58,396 nt of DNA. Origin: Vicinamibacteraceae bacterium. GTDB taxonomy: Bacteria > Acidobacteriota > Vicinamibacteria > Vicinamibacterales > UBA8438. Under the pieces are notes generated by a model, which was given only the letters and a program-made list of their open reading frames with translations, made no database searches and was not told where the DNA came from. The stretch spans positions 1 through 58,396 of the forward strand of contig JAAXGX010000001.1 of the NCBI GenBank assembly GCA_012271165.1, given 5' to 3'. Positions 15,265 through 25,405 of the stretch are shown piece by piece. The position numbers and the translations under genes are program-made. Numbering within the stretch: position 1 is the stretch's first letter; each line of letters begins with the position of its first letter.

Positions 15265-17493
15265 TCACAAGACCGTCAGGGGGTCGACGTCGACCGTGAC
15301 GCGCCGCCGCAGCGCCGGGTGGCGGTCGAGCGCGGCGCGCACCGCCTCGCGCAGGGCCCGGCGGCGGGTCCCCTTCAGGAAGATCTGCGCGCGGTGCTCG
15401 CCGCGCAGCCGCGTGAGGGGAGCCGGAGCCGGACCAAGCACCCGGCAGCCGCCGCCGACGGCCCGCAGCTCGGCCGCCAGCCCGGCCGCGGCCCGCCGCG
15501 CCGCCGGCAACGTGCGCGCCCGCACGACGACGTTGATCATCGCCACGACGGGCGGATAGCGCATCGCGCGCCGATAGCGCATCTCCGCCTGGAAGAACGG
15601 CTCGTACTCCTGCCGGCAGGCATGACCGATGCTGTAGTGGTCGGGGTGAAAGGTCTGCACGATGGCCTCGCCCGGGAGGTCGCCGCGGCCGGCGCGCCCC
15701 GCCACCTGGGTCAGCAGCTGGAAGGTCCGCTCCGCCGCCCGGAAGTCGGCCAGGCCGAGCCCCACGTCGGCCGAGATCACGCCCACGAGCGTCACGGCCG
15801 GAAAGTCGTGCCCCTTGGCCACCATCTGCGTGCCGACGAGCACGTCGATCTCACGGCGGGCGAAGCGGCCCAGTAGCTCCTGGGCGGCGCCGCGGCGCCG
15901 TACGGTGTCGCGATCGAGGCGCGCGAGCCGAGCCCGCGGCAACAGACCGGCCAGCTCTGCCTCGATCCGTTCCGTCCCGAGCCCGACGCGCTCGAGGAAC
16001 GGACCGGCGCAGTGACGGCAGACCGCCGGCCGCGCGGCCGAGTAGCTGCAGTAGTGACAGCGCACGCGGCCCGCGGCGCGATGCAGCGTCAGCGACACGC
16101 TGCAGTTCGGGCACTCCAGCGTGCTGCCGCACTGCCGGCAGAGGATCGCGGCCGCGTACCCGCGTCGGTTCAGCAGCACGAGCGCCTGCTCGCCACGGCG
16201 CAGGCGGTCCGCCAGCGCCTCCTGCAGCGCCGTGCTGAACACGACATCCGGCCCCTGCTCGGCCACCTCCTGCCGCATGTCGACGATCGTGACGGCGGCC
16301 AGCGGGCGGTCCAGCACGCGCCTGCTGAGAACGAGCCGTTCGTAGCGTCCGCGCGCCGCGTTGTGGTAGGTCTCCAGCGACGGGGTGGCCGAGCCGAGCA
16401 CGACGAGCGCGCCGGCCTGCCGGCCGCGAACGATCGCAACGTCGCGGCCATGATAGCGCGGGCTCTCCTCCTGCTTGTACGACGCGTCCTGCTCCTCGTC
16501 GACCACGATCAGCCCCAGGTCGTCGAGCGGGGCGAAAACGGCCGACCGCGTCCCCACCACGACGTCGATCTCGCCGCGGCGGATGCGATGCCACTGATCG
16601 TGCCGCTCGCCGTCGGACAGGCCGCTGTGCTGCACGGCTACACGACCGCCGGCCGCGGCCCGGAACGCGGCCGTCACGGCGGGCGTCAGCGCGATCTCGG
16701 GCACCAGCACCAGCACGCGCCGGCCCTGCCGCAGCACCCCGGCGGCCAGCTCCCGGTAGACCGCTGTCTTGCCGCTGCCCGTCACCCCCTGCAGCAGCGC
16801 GACGCGGAACGTCCTGGCGGCGGCCCAGTCGCTCAGGCTGGCCAGCGCCGCCTGCTGTTCCTTCGTGAACACGATCCGCGCGTCGGCGCCCTGCCCCGCC
16901 GACCAGCAGGCATCCGGGGCCGGATCGCGGTCGACCACCCGCCGCTCGATCGCGATCAGGCCCCGCGCCGTCAGCCGGCGCAGCGCGTCGGCGGCAATGC
17001 CCCGGCCGGCGAGCTCCGCCGTGGGCAGACCCGCGGGCGCCGCCGCGAGGAGCGCCAGCGTAGCCCGCTGCTTCGCGCCCAGCCTGGCCGGCGCGGCATG
17101 CGCCCGGCGTCCCGCGTCCGTGATACGGGCCGCGCGGCGGGTCTTGAACGACGCGGTCCGCTGGCCGGCCGCGGACTGCGTCCAGGCGAACGGGGGCATG
17201 GCGGCGCCCACGGCGTCGCCCGGACCGCACCCGTAGTACTCGGCGACCCACACGGCCAGATCCAGCACCGGTCGCGGCAGGAAGGGCTCTGCATCCAGAC
17301 AGTCGAGCAGATTCCTGACGTCCTCCTGCTCCGCGGGTAGGGCGGGTCCGAGCACGCAGCCGGTGACCTGCCGCCCCCCCAGCGGCACGCGCACGCGCAC
17401 GCCCGGCGCAGGGACGGCGGCCGCGTCCGGAACGCCGTAGGTCAGGGCGGCCAGGAAGGGCACGGGGACCGCGACCGAGACGAGCCGGGGCAT
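15265..17493 (-). CDS. priA: Primosomal protein N'
   Basis: GVTGSGKT, DEEQD, GSATPS, four CxxC, GTQMVAKGHDF, QVAGRAGR. Confidence 0.96.
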   Translation of the reverse strand: MPRLVSVAVPVPFLAALTYGVPDAAAVPAPGVRVRVPLGGRQVTGCVLGPALPAEQEDVRNLLDCLDAEPFLPRPVLDLAVWVAEYYGCGPGDAVGAAMPPFAWTQSAAGQRTASFKTRRAARITDAGRRAHAAPARLGAKQRATLALLAAAPAGLPTAELAGRGIAADALRRLTARGLIAIERRVVDRDPAPDACWSAGQGADARIVFTKEQQAALASLSDWAAARTFRVALLQGVTGSGKTAVYRELAAGVLRQGRRVLVLVPEIALTPAVTAAFRAAAGGRVAVQHSGLSDGERHDQWHRIRRGEIDVVVGTRSAVFAPLDDLGLIVVDEEQDASYKQEESPRYHGRDVAIVRGRQAGALVVLGSATPSLETYHNAARGRYERLVLSRRVLDRPLAAVTIVDMRQEVAEQGPDVVFSTALQEALADRLRRGEQALVLLNRRGYAAAILCRQCGSTLECPNCSVSLTLHRAAGRVRCHYCSYSAARPAVCRHCAGPFLERVGLGTERIEAELAGLLPRARLARLDRDTVRRRGAAQELLGRFARREIDVLVGTQMVAKGHDFPAVTLVGVISADVGLGLADFRAAERTFQLLTQVAGRAGRGDLPGEAIVQTFHPDHYSIGHACRQEYEPFFQAEMRYRRAMRYPPVVAMINVVVRARTLPAARRAAAGLAAELRAVGGGCRVLGPAPAPLTRLRGEHRAQIFLKGTRRRALREAVRAALDRHPALRRRVTVDVDPLTVL

Positions 17494-17499
17494 GCCCCC

Positions 17500-18297
17500 C
17501 TACCCGGCTCGGAGCATCGCCCGAATCTTCTTCATGTCCTCCCACACGTCGCGCTTGCGATCGGGGCTCCGCAACAGGAAGGCCGGGTGAAAGGTGGGGA
17601 CGAGCTGCGCCCCGCGGTAATCGAAGACGCGGCCGCGCAGCCTCGAGATGGGATCGTCGGTCCGCAGCAGGGTGCGGGCCGCGAACGTGCCGAGGGCCAC
17701 GATGACGCGCGGCCGAATCGCGTCGACCTGCGCGAACAGGAACGGCTCGCACGTGCGGACCTCTTCCGGCGTCGGGTTCCGGTTGCCGGGAGGCCGGCAC
17801 TTGATCACGTTGGCGATGTACACGTCCTCGCGGCGGAGATCGATCGATTCGATGATGCGGGTCAGCAACTGGCCCGCCCGGCCGACGAACGGGATGCCCT
17901 GCAGATCCTCGTCGCGGCCCGGCGCCTCGCCCACGAACATGAGCTGCGCGTCGGGGCTGCCCACGCCGTAGACCAGCGTCTTCCGGCCTGCATGCAGCCC
18001 GCAGCGCGTGCAGTCGCCCAGCTCCTCGCGAATCAGGCGCAGACGATCCGCGGCCGTCGCCGCCTCGGGCACGGCCACCTGATCGAACATCGAAATCTCG
18101 AGGGGTTGCCCGGCGACAGCCGGCGCGGGCGTGCGGGCCGGTGCAGGCTCCGGATCGCCCGCGGGCGACGGCTTGGCGGCGGCTTCGGCGTACGCGTCGG
18201 CCGGCCGCACGCGCCAGGCGCGGTCCCGGCTCACGCCGGCGACGCCCAGTTCCGAGAAGTACGCGAGGTGCCCGGCCAGCTCTTCGGCGCGCTTCAT
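17500..18297 (-). CDS. Uracil-DNA glycosylase family 4
   Basis: [24 protein letters not shown]. Confidence 0.93.
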   Translation of the reverse strand: MKRAEELAGHLAYFSELGVAGVSRDRAWRVRPADAYAEAAAKPSPAGDPEPAPARTPAPAVAGQPLEISMFDQVAVPEAATAADRLRLIREELGDCTRCGLHAGRKTLVYGVGSPDAQLMFVGEAPGRDEDLQGIPFVGRAGQLLTRIIESIDLRREDVYIANVIKCRPPGNRNPTPEEVRTCEPFLFAQVDAIRPRVIVALGTFAARTLLRTDDPISRLRGRVFDYRGAQLVPTFHPAFLLRSPDRKRDVWEDMKKIRAMLRAG

Positions 18298-19517
18298 CGC
18301 ACCTGCTTCTGGCGGGTGTCCGCCGCCGCCGCGATCAAGGCTTCGACACGGTCCAGGAGCGCCGCCGCGAGCACGCGCTTCGGGCCCAGCGGCACGTCCT
18401 GGGTCCCGGCGGCGCTGACCAGCGTCGCCGCGTTCGTCTCGACCGCGAACCCGCGATCCGGTCGCGACACGTCATTGGCCACGACGAGGTCGAGCCGCTT
18501 GGCCTCCAGCTTCCGCCGGGCGCGCGCGACGAGGTCCGATGTCTCGGCCGCGAATCCTATCAGGACCGGGACGGCCGCCCCCGCACGCCGCTCGCCGAGC
18601 TCGGCCAGGATGTCGGGCGTGCGGCTCAGGCTGAGCGTCAGGTCCGCACCCTTGGGCATCTTCGCCGGATGCGCACCTCCGGCCGGCGCGTAGTCAGCCA
18701 CGGCCGCCGCCATCACCACGGCATCGACCCCGGCGACCCGCGCCATGACCGCTCCGTGCATCTCGCGGGCGCTTCGGACCCGGGTCACCTCGGCGCCCGC
18801 CGGCGGCTCCAGCTCGGTCGGCCCGGCCACGAGCCGCACGGACGCCCCCCGAGCGAGCGCCTCGGCAGCGACCGCGAAGCCCATGCGCCCCGTCGAGCGG
18901 TTGCCCAGATAGCGTACCGGATCGACATCCTCGTACGTCGGACCCGCCGTCACCAGCAGCGATCGCCCGGCCAGGCTGCCCGCGGGATGCAGCAGCTCCT
19001 CGGCGGCCGCCACGATCTCGGCGGGCTCGGCCAGGCGTCCCTTGCCGATCCAGCCGCAGGCCAGATAGCCTTCGCCCGGCTCGACCAGGTGCACCCCCCG
19101 CCGGGTCAGCGTCGCCAGATTCCGCTGGACCGCCTCGTGCGCGAGCATGTTGCTGTTCATGGCCGGCGCGACGAGCACCGGGGCGCGGGTCGCGAGATAC
19201 AGCGACGACAGGAAATCGTCCGCGATGCCGTTCGCGAGCTTGCCGATCATGTTGGCCGTCGCCGGCGCCACGACGAGCAGATCGGTGCCGGACGCCAGCG
19301 CGACGTGCTCGATGTCGGCGTTGGCGCCCGGCGCGAACTGGTCGGTGACGACCGGCCGCCGCGTGATGGCCTCGAAGGTCAGCGGCCCGACGAAGCGGCA
19401 GGCCGACTCCGTCATGACCGCGGTCACCTGATGACCGGCCTGCTGCAGGCGGCGGGCCACCTCCACCGACTTGTAGGCGCCGATGCCGCCGGTGATGCCC
19501 AGTGCGACCGCTGCCAT
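18294..19517 (-). CDS. coaBC: Phosphopantothenoylcysteine decarboxylase/ligase
   Basis: GITGGIGAYK, PAMN, LACG, TAGPT.E.VDPVRY, AAAVAD. Confidence 0.96.
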   Translation of the reverse strand: MAAVALGITGGIGAYKSVEVARRLQQAGHQVTAVMTESACRFVGPLTFEAITRRPVVTDQFAPGANADIEHVALASGTDLLVVAPATANMIGKLANGIADDFLSSLYLATRAPVLVAPAMNSNMLAHEAVQRNLATLTRRGVHLVEPGEGYLACGWIGKGRLAEPAEIVAAAEELLHPAGSLAGRSLLVTAGPTYEDVDPVRYLGNRSTGRMGFAVAAEALARGASVRLVAGPTELEPPAGAEVTRVRSAREMHGAVMARVAGVDAVVMAAAVADYAPAGGAHPAKMPKGADLTLSLSRTPDILAELGERRAGAAVPVLIGFAAETSDLVARARRKLEAKRLDLVVANDVSRPDRGFAVETNAATLVSAAGTQDVPLGPKRVLAAALLDRVEALIAAAADTRQKQVR

Positions 19518-19523
19518 GGCCCG

Positions 19524-20159
19524 CTAACCCTGCTCGTCCTGCGCGCGGAAGGCCGCCACGATTCCGGTGACGGCGTCGTCGACGACCGGCGTCCGGGCGC
19601 GCTCGGCCATGACGATGCTGCGAAGCTGAGCCACGCAGCGGTCGACGTGGTCGTTCACGACGAGGTAGGCGTAGTCCTCCGCCGCGGCCACCTCGCGGCG
19701 CGCCGTGTCGAGGCGTCGCCTGATCTGCGGCTCGCCGACGTCGCCGCCGCTGCGCCGCCTGAGGCGCTGCTCGAGCACGTGAAACGACGGCGGCAGCACG
19801 AAGATCGCGATGGCGTCCGGGCAGTGCTCGCGCACCTGCCGGGCGCCCTCCACGTCGATGACGAGCACCACGTCGCGCCCCGCGCGGCGATGACGTTCGG
19901 TTTCCTCCCGGCCCGTGCCGTAGCGGCAGCCGAACACCGTCGCCCACTCGAGGAGGCCGCCCGCGTCGACCAGCGCCATGAACCGGTCGTCGTCGACGAA
20001 ATTATAGTCGACGCCGTCCGCCTCCCCCGACCGGGGCGGGCGCGACGTGTACGACCTCGACACCACGAGCTCCGGCACCGTCTTCACCAACTGCGCAACG
20101 AGCGTCGTCTTGCCCGTCCCGGACGGCGCCGACACGATGAACAGCAGCCCCCGCCGCAT
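19524..20159 (-). CDS. gmk: Guanylate kinase
   Basis: SAPSGTGKT, SYTSRPPR.GE.DGVDY. Confidence 0.96.
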   Translation of the reverse strand: MRRGLLFIVSAPSGTGKTTLVAQLVKTVPELVVSRSYTSRPPRSGEADGVDYNFVDDDRFMALVDAGGLLEWATVFGCRYGTGREETERHRRAGRDVVLVIDVEGARQVREHCPDAIAIFVLPPSFHVLEQRLRRRSGGDVGEPQIRRRLDTARREVAAAEDYAYLVVNDHVDRCVAQLRSIVMAERARTPVVDDAVTGIVAAFRAQDEQG

Positions 20160-20171
20160 GCCCGTACTTCA

Positions 20172-21059
20172 CTACTCCACGTTCTGGATCTGCTCGCGGA
20201 GCCTCTCGACCTCCGCCTTCGCGGCCACCACGAGCGCCCCGGTCTCGCGGCCCTCCGCCTTCGATCCAATCGTGTTGATCTCGCGGTTCATCTCCTGCAC
20301 GAGAAAATCGAGCTTCCGCCCGCACGGCGCCGACCCCTCCGCCAGCTCGGCCAGGTGCTCGAGGTGGCCCCGCAGCCGCGCCACCTCCTCGTGAATGTCC
20401 GATCTGGCGGCCCACTTGACGATCTCCTGCGCCACGAGCTCCGGCTCGGCCTGGACCGTGCCGCCCAGGTCCTCGATCCTGGCCGCCAGCCGTTCGCGCA
20501 GCGCGTCGGCGCCGGTCGCGGCGTCCGCCACGATCCGGTCCACCAGCGCTCCAACCGCGGCTGCGCGCTCAGCCAGATCGGTGTGCAGGAACTCCCCCTC
20601 GCGGCGGCGCATGCGGTCGAGATCGCCGAGCGCCTCGCCGACGGTGTCGGAGACGCGTGTGCAGACGGCCTGCCACGCTTCCCGGTCGGCCGGCAGCTCC
20701 CGAACGGTCACCGCCTGGGGGAACCGCAGGAGCTCCCCCGCGGTCAGCCCCGACTCGATCCAGCCGCGCAGGCGCGCCTGCTCCGCCGCGTTGACCAGCG
20801 CCTCCGCCAGTCGTTCGTTCAGATCGAGCTCGACGGGCGCGTCGATCTTGAGCTGCGCGGTCACCGTCAGCTCCACCCGGCCGCGCGCCACGTGCTCCTG
20901 CACGAGCCCGCGCAGACCCTGCTCGAGCTCGGCGAAGGCCGCCGGCACGCGCACGTGCGCATCCAGATAGCGATGGTTGACGCTGCGCACCGTGACGGTC
21001 AGGTTGACCTGCTCGTCGTCGTGCGTTAGCGAGGCGAAACCGGTCATCGATTTGAGCAT
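20172..21059 (-). CDS. yicC: YicC/YloC family endoribonuclease
   Basis: SMTGF, RSVNHRYLD, GRKLDFLVQEMNREINT, REQIQNVE. Confidence 0.95.
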   Translation of the reverse strand: MLKSMTGFASLTHDDEQVNLTVTVRSVNHRYLDAHVRVPAAFAELEQGLRGLVQEHVARGRVELTVTAQLKIDAPVELDLNERLAEALVNAAEQARLRGWIESGLTAGELLRFPQAVTVRELPADREAWQAVCTRVSDTVGEALGDLDRMRRREGEFLHTDLAERAAAVGALVDRIVADAATGADALRERLAARIEDLGGTVQAEPELVAQEIVKWAARSDIHEEVARLRGHLEHLAELAEGSAPCGRKLDFLVQEMNREINTIGSKAEGRETGALVVAAKAEVERLREQIQNVE

Positions 21060-21065
21060 TATTTT

Positions 21066-21263
21066 GACGGGGCTGCGCCCCGAACCCCCGGCGTCCGTTT
21101 GCGGGGACCCCATAGCCCCGCGCCACTCCCGCCGAGCCGCGCTGTGCGCGGCTTGCGCCGGCTGCGCCGTGCGCGGCTCCTTCCCGATGGGCGGCGCGCC
21201 GAACCGCCGGCGTTCGCTTGCGGAACCCAATGGCCCCGCGCCGCTGCCGCCGAGGCGCGCTTG
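21066..21263 (+). repeat. Structured intergenic repeat, copy 1 (21066-21155) plus degenerate tandem copy (21186-21263)
   Basis: GACGGGGCTGCGCCCCGAACCCCCGGCG...GCGGGGACCCCA..GCCCCGCGCC shared with 29994 and 52937. Confidence 0.85.
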
Positions 21264-21264
21264 G

Positions 21265-23031
21265 TCAGCCGGGCACCTCCTGCGTCGCGGTGCGGCGCGG
21301 GGTTTCACCGCGGACGCCCAGCAACTGCAGCGAGTAGAGCTTGGCGTACAGGCTGTCGGGGGCGGCCAGCAGCTCCTCGTGACGGCCGGTCTCGCGCACC
21401 CGTCCCCGGTCGAGCACGACGATCCGGTCGGCGCGGCGCACGGTCGACAGGCGATGCGCAATCACGAAGGCGGTCCGGTTCAGCATCAGCCGCGCCAGCG
21501 CGTCCTGCACGAGGTGCTCCGACTCGGCGTCGAGCGCCGAGGTGGCCTCGTCCAGGATGAGGATGGGCGAGTTCCGCAGCAACGCGCGGGCGATGGCCAC
21601 GCGCTGGCGCTGCCCGCCCGACAGCCGCTGGCCACGGTCGCCGATCAACGTGTCGTAGCCTTCCGGCAGCATCTCGACGAACTCGTGCGCATGGGCCGCG
21701 CGCGCGGCTGCCTCCACCATCTCGCGCGACGCCGTCGGCAACGCGTACGCGATGTTGTTGCCGATCGTATCGTCGAACAGCACGGTGTCCTGCGTGACGA
21801 TGCCGATCTGCGACCGGAGCGACTCGAGCGTCGCGTTCCGGATGTCGACGCCGTCGATGGCGATCGTCCCGCCGGTGACCTCGTAGAAGCGCGGCACGAG
21901 ATTGACCAGCGTCGTCTTGCCGGCGCCGCTCAGGCCCACGAGGGCCACGACCTCGCCGGCCCGCACCTCGAACGAGACCCGGTCGAGCACCTTCCCACCG
22001 TCGCCGTAGCTGAAGCTGACCTCCCGGAACTCGATCGACCGCTGCAGCGGCGGCAGCGGCCGCGCGGTCGCCCGGTCGGCCGCCTCGCTGCGCGTGTCGA
22101 GCGTCTCGAACACCCGCTCGGCCGCCGCAATCGCCTGCTGGATGCCGGCGCTCACGCGGCTGAGCTTCCGGATCGGCCCGTACATCGACAGCACGGCCCC
22201 GATGAACAACCCGAAGTCTCCCGATGTGAGATCGCCGGCGGCGATCTCCCGGCTGCCGTACCACAGGACCCCGACGATGCCGAAGGCCCCCAGCCACTCC
22301 ATGAGCGGCGGGAGCGCCGACACCGAGCTGGTGACCTTCATGTTCGTCCGGTACAACCGCCCGGAAGCCCGATCGAACCGTTGCCGCTCGTAGGGCTCGC
22401 CGGCGAACGCCTTGACGATGCGGTGGCCCGCGAACGCCTCCGCGGTGATGTGGGACAGATGCTCCAGCTCCTCCTGGCCGCGCCGCGTCGTGCGCCGGAC
22501 GCGCTGTCCCAGGCGCGCCAGCGGGTAGACCACGAGCGGCGCGCCCGTCATGCAGACGAGGGCCAGTCCGGTGTCGAGATACAGCAGGATGCCGGCGTAC
22601 ACGAGCAGGGTCACCGACTCGCGCAGCAGATCGCCCAGCGTCTGCGCCACCGCGTGCTGGATGCGGCCGACGTCGTGCGTGATCCGCGACATCAGCGCAC
22701 CCGTGCTGGTGCGCGCGAAGAACCCCGCGGACTGGGCCAGGATGTGGCCGAACAGACGGCTCCGCAGGTCGCGGACCAGCCGCTCGCCGACGTCGGTCAT
22801 CAGGTAGACGGAGAAGTACGCCGCGAGCCCCTTGCAGACGCTGAGACCGATGATGGCCGACGTGACCCAGGCGAGCCCGGTGCGGGCGGGCAGCACGTCG
22901 TCGATGATCGGCTTGAACAGGTACAGCAAGCCGCCGGAGGCCGCCGCGTAGGCCAGCATCGCCATTGCGGCGCCCCAGAAACGGCCGCGATGCGGGTAGC
23001 CGTAGCGATACAGCCGGCGGAGCTGGCTCAC
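21265..23031 (-). CDS. MsbA-like ABC exporter (TMD + NBD)
   Basis: TM domain, GLSGAGKT, LSGGQRQR, ILDEATS, IAHRL. Confidence 0.9.
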   Translation of the reverse strand: MSQLRRLYRYGYPHRGRFWGAAMAMLAYAAASGGLLYLFKPIIDDVLPARTGLAWVTSAIIGLSVCKGLAAYFSVYLMTDVGERLVRDLRSRLFGHILAQSAGFFARTSTGALMSRITHDVGRIQHAVAQTLGDLLRESVTLLVYAGILLYLDTGLALVCMTGAPLVVYPLARLGQRVRRTTRRGQEELEHLSHITAEAFAGHRIVKAFAGEPYERQRFDRASGRLYRTNMKVTSSVSALPPLMEWLGAFGIVGVLWYGSREIAAGDLTSGDFGLFIGAVLSMYGPIRKLSRVSAGIQQAIAAAERVFETLDTRSEAADRATARPLPPLQRSIEFREVSFSYGDGGKVLDRVSFEVRAGEVVALVGLSGAGKTTLVNLVPRFYEVTGGTIAIDGVDIRNATLESLRSQIGIVTQDTVLFDDTIGNNIAYALPTASREMVEAAARAAHAHEFVEMLPEGYDTLIGDRGQRLSGGQRQRVAIARALLRNSPILILDEATSALDAESEHLVQDALARLMLNRTAFVIAHRLSTVRRADRIVVLDRGRVRETGRHEELLAAPDSLYAKLYSLQLLGVRGETPRRTATQEVPG

Positions 23032-24014
23032 GATGCGTACCCGCGCGGATGCGAGCGATGCCAGCGCCAGGCCGTCTCGACGATCACGTCGAGCTCCTCG
23101 TAGATCGGCTCCCAGCCCAGCTCCGACCGCGCGCGCTCGCTCGAGGCCAGCAGCACCGCCGGGTCACCCGGCCGCCGGGGCCCCAGCTCGTGGCGCACGC
23201 GTCTGCCCGCAATGCGCTCGACGGCCGCGACGACGTCGCGCACCGAGAAGGCGCGTCCGTTCCCCAGGTTGTAGACGCCGGACGGCTTGCCCGCCTCGAG
23301 CGCCGCGAGCGCGAGGACGTGCGCTGCCGCCAGGTCGGAGACGTGCACGTAGTCGCGGCGGCAGGTGCCGTCCGCGGTGGCGTAGTCGTCGCCGAAGACG
23401 ACCAGCGGCGGCCCGTCGCCCGCCGCTGCCAGCGCGCGCGGAATCAGATGCTCCTCGGGGCGGTGGTCCTCGCCGATCCGACCGTGCGGGTCGGCGCCGG
23501 CCGCGTTGAAGTACCGCAGGCGCACGGAGCGCAGGCCGTACGCCCGCTCGTAGTGCGGCAGCGCCTGCTCGACGGCCAGCTTGGTCTCGCCGTATGGGTT
23601 GATCGGCCGCGTGGCGTGGTCCTCGGCAATCGGCGTCCGGAGCGGCTCGCCGTAGACCGCCGCGGTCGACGAGAACACCAGCAGCCCGACCGACTCGCGG
23701 ACCAGCGCATCGAGCAGCGCCAGCGTCCCGCAGACGTTGTTCTCGTAGTAGCGGGCGGGCGCGGCCACCGAGTCGCCCACCGAGAGCAGCGCCGCGAAGT
23801 GCATCGCGGCAGTCACGCGATAGCGGCGGATCGTCTCGCGGACCGCGGCCGTATCCGCGATGTCGGCCGTCACCAGCGGCAGGCCGCGCACCGCCTCGCG
23901 ATGCCCGGCCTGCAGGCTGTCCAGCACGACCACGTCGCGGCCCGCCGCGCGCAGCGCGTGCGCCGCGTGGCTCCCGATGTACCCCGCCCCGCCGGTCACC
24001 AGGACGGCGCCCAT
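23028..24014 (-). CDS. galE: UDP-glucose 4-epimerase
   Basis: TGGAGYIGSH, SSTAAVYG, YGETK, LRYFNAAGA, RDYVH. Confidence 0.93.
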   Translation of the reverse strand: MGAVLVTGGAGYIGSHAAHALRAAGRDVVVLDSLQAGHREAVRGLPLVTADIADTAAVRETIRRYRVTAAMHFAALLSVGDSVAAPARYYENNVCGTLALLDALVRESVGLLVFSSTAAVYGEPLRTPIAEDHATRPINPYGETKLAVEQALPHYERAYGLRSVRLRYFNAAGADPHGRIGEDHRPEEHLIPRALAAAGDGPPLVVFGDDYATADGTCRRDYVHVSDLAAAHVLALAALEAGKPSGVYNLGNGRAFSVRDVVAAVERIAGRRVRHELGPRRPGDPAVLLASSERARSELGWEPIYEELDVIVETAWRWHRSHPRGYAS

Positions 24015-25309
24015 TACCTCCCTATCGAGACGTAGGTGAAGCCCGCGGCGCGCATCCGCTCCGGCGTGAACAGATTGCGGCCGTCGAAGACGGTCGGCGA
24101 CCGCATGAGGGCGCGCATGCGTGCGAAGTCGGGCTCCCGAAACTCGTTCCACTCGGTCACGATGGCCAGCGCGTCGGCGCCCTCGAGCGCGTCGTAGGCG
24201 GTCGCCGCGTAGGCGACGCGCTCGTCCAGCACGCGGCGGGCCGTGCGCCCGGCCTGGGGGTCGTAGGCCACCACGCGGCCGCCCCGCTCCAGCACGGCCG
24301 CGGCGATGGCGATCGACGGGGCCTCGCGCATGTCGTCGGTCTTCGGCTTGAACGCCAGCCCCCAGAGCGCGATCGTGCGGCCCTCGAGCGATGTGAAGTG
24401 CGCCGCCATCTTGTCGACCAGCCGCAGCTTCTGGGCTGCGTTGACCGCCTGCACCGCCTCGAGGATCCGGCACTGACAGCCCCTCTCGCGGGCGAGCGTG
24501 GCGAGGGCCCGGACATCCTTCGGGAAGCAGCTTCCGCCGTAGCCTACGCCGGCGAAGAGGAACGCCGGCCCGATGCGGCGATCGGCCGCGACCGCACGGC
24601 GGACCTGGTCGATGTCGCCCGCGAGCTGCTCGCAGACGTTGGCCATCTCGTTCATGAACGACACGCGCGTGGCCAGCATCGCGTTTGCGGCGTACTTGCT
24701 CAGCTCGGCGCTGGCGCAGTCCATGACGAGAATGGGGGCGCCGGTGCGCGTGAACGGGGCATACAGCGACCGCATGATCTCCGCCGCACGCGGGTCGTCG
24801 GCGCCGATCACGACGCGGTCGGGCCGCATGAAGTCCTCGATGGCCGCGCCCTGCTTGAGAAACTCCGGATTGCTGACGACGCTGAACGGGTGCGTGGTCT
24901 CACGGCCGACGACCTCGCGCAGGCGGGCAGCCGTGCCGGGGGGCACGGTGCTCTTCGCCACGATCAGCGTGTAGCCGCGCATGGCCCGGGCGATGTCCCG
25001 GGCCACGCCCAGCACGTGGCGCAGGTCGGCCGAGCCGTCCTCCTCCGCCGGGGTCCCGACCGCGATGAACACGATCTCCGAGCCCGCGACCGTGCGGGCC
25101 AGCAGCCGGGTGAACGCGAGCCGCCCCGTGCGCCGGTTGCGCAGCACGAGCTCGTCGAGCCCGGGCTCGTAGATCGGGATCCGGCCCTCCTCGAGCGCCC
25201 GGATCCTGGCCTCGTCGCTGTCGACGCAGACGACCTCGTTGCCGTTCTCCGCGAGGCATGCCCCGACGACCAGCCCGACATAGCCGGTACCTACCACGGC
25301 GATCTTCAT
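24014..25309 (-). CDS. ugd: UDP-glucose 6-dehydrogenase
   Basis: GTGYVG, NPEFL, GYGGSCFPKD, FKPKTDD.RE. Confidence 0.94.
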   Translation of the reverse strand: MKIAVVGTGYVGLVVGACLAENGNEVVCVDSDEARIRALEEGRIPIYEPGLDELVLRNRRTGRLAFTRLLARTVAGSEIVFIAVGTPAEEDGSADLRHVLGVARDIARAMRGYTLIVAKSTVPPGTAARLREVVGRETTHPFSVVSNPEFLKQGAAIEDFMRPDRVVIGADDPRAAEIMRSLYAPFTRTGAPILVMDCASAELSKYAANAMLATRVSFMNEMANVCEQLAGDIDQVRRAVAADRRIGPAFLFAGVGYGGSCFPKDVRALATLARERGCQCRILEAVQAVNAAQKLRLVDKMAAHFTSLEGRTIALWGLAFKPKTDDMREAPSIAIAAAVLERGGRVVAYDPQAGRTARRVLDERVAYAATAYDALEGADALAIVTEWNEFREPDFARMRALMRSPTVFDGRNLFTPERMRAAGFTYVSIGR

Positions 25310-25405
25310 CGACCCCGCCCCCGCACGAAACCCTCAACGATAGCATGCGCCACCCTGTGCTACCATGCCCCCGCAACCGCGCGTGCACCCCTCGCCTGGC
25401 CGTCC

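Noticed and set aside
18141-21029. Very long ORFs antisense to or overlapping real genes (962 aa here; also 28127-31597, 34644-37616, 50230-52881, 54323-56986)
   Set aside because: Arg/Ala/Gly/Pro-rich or antisense-register shadow frames expected at this GC content; no recognisable motifs
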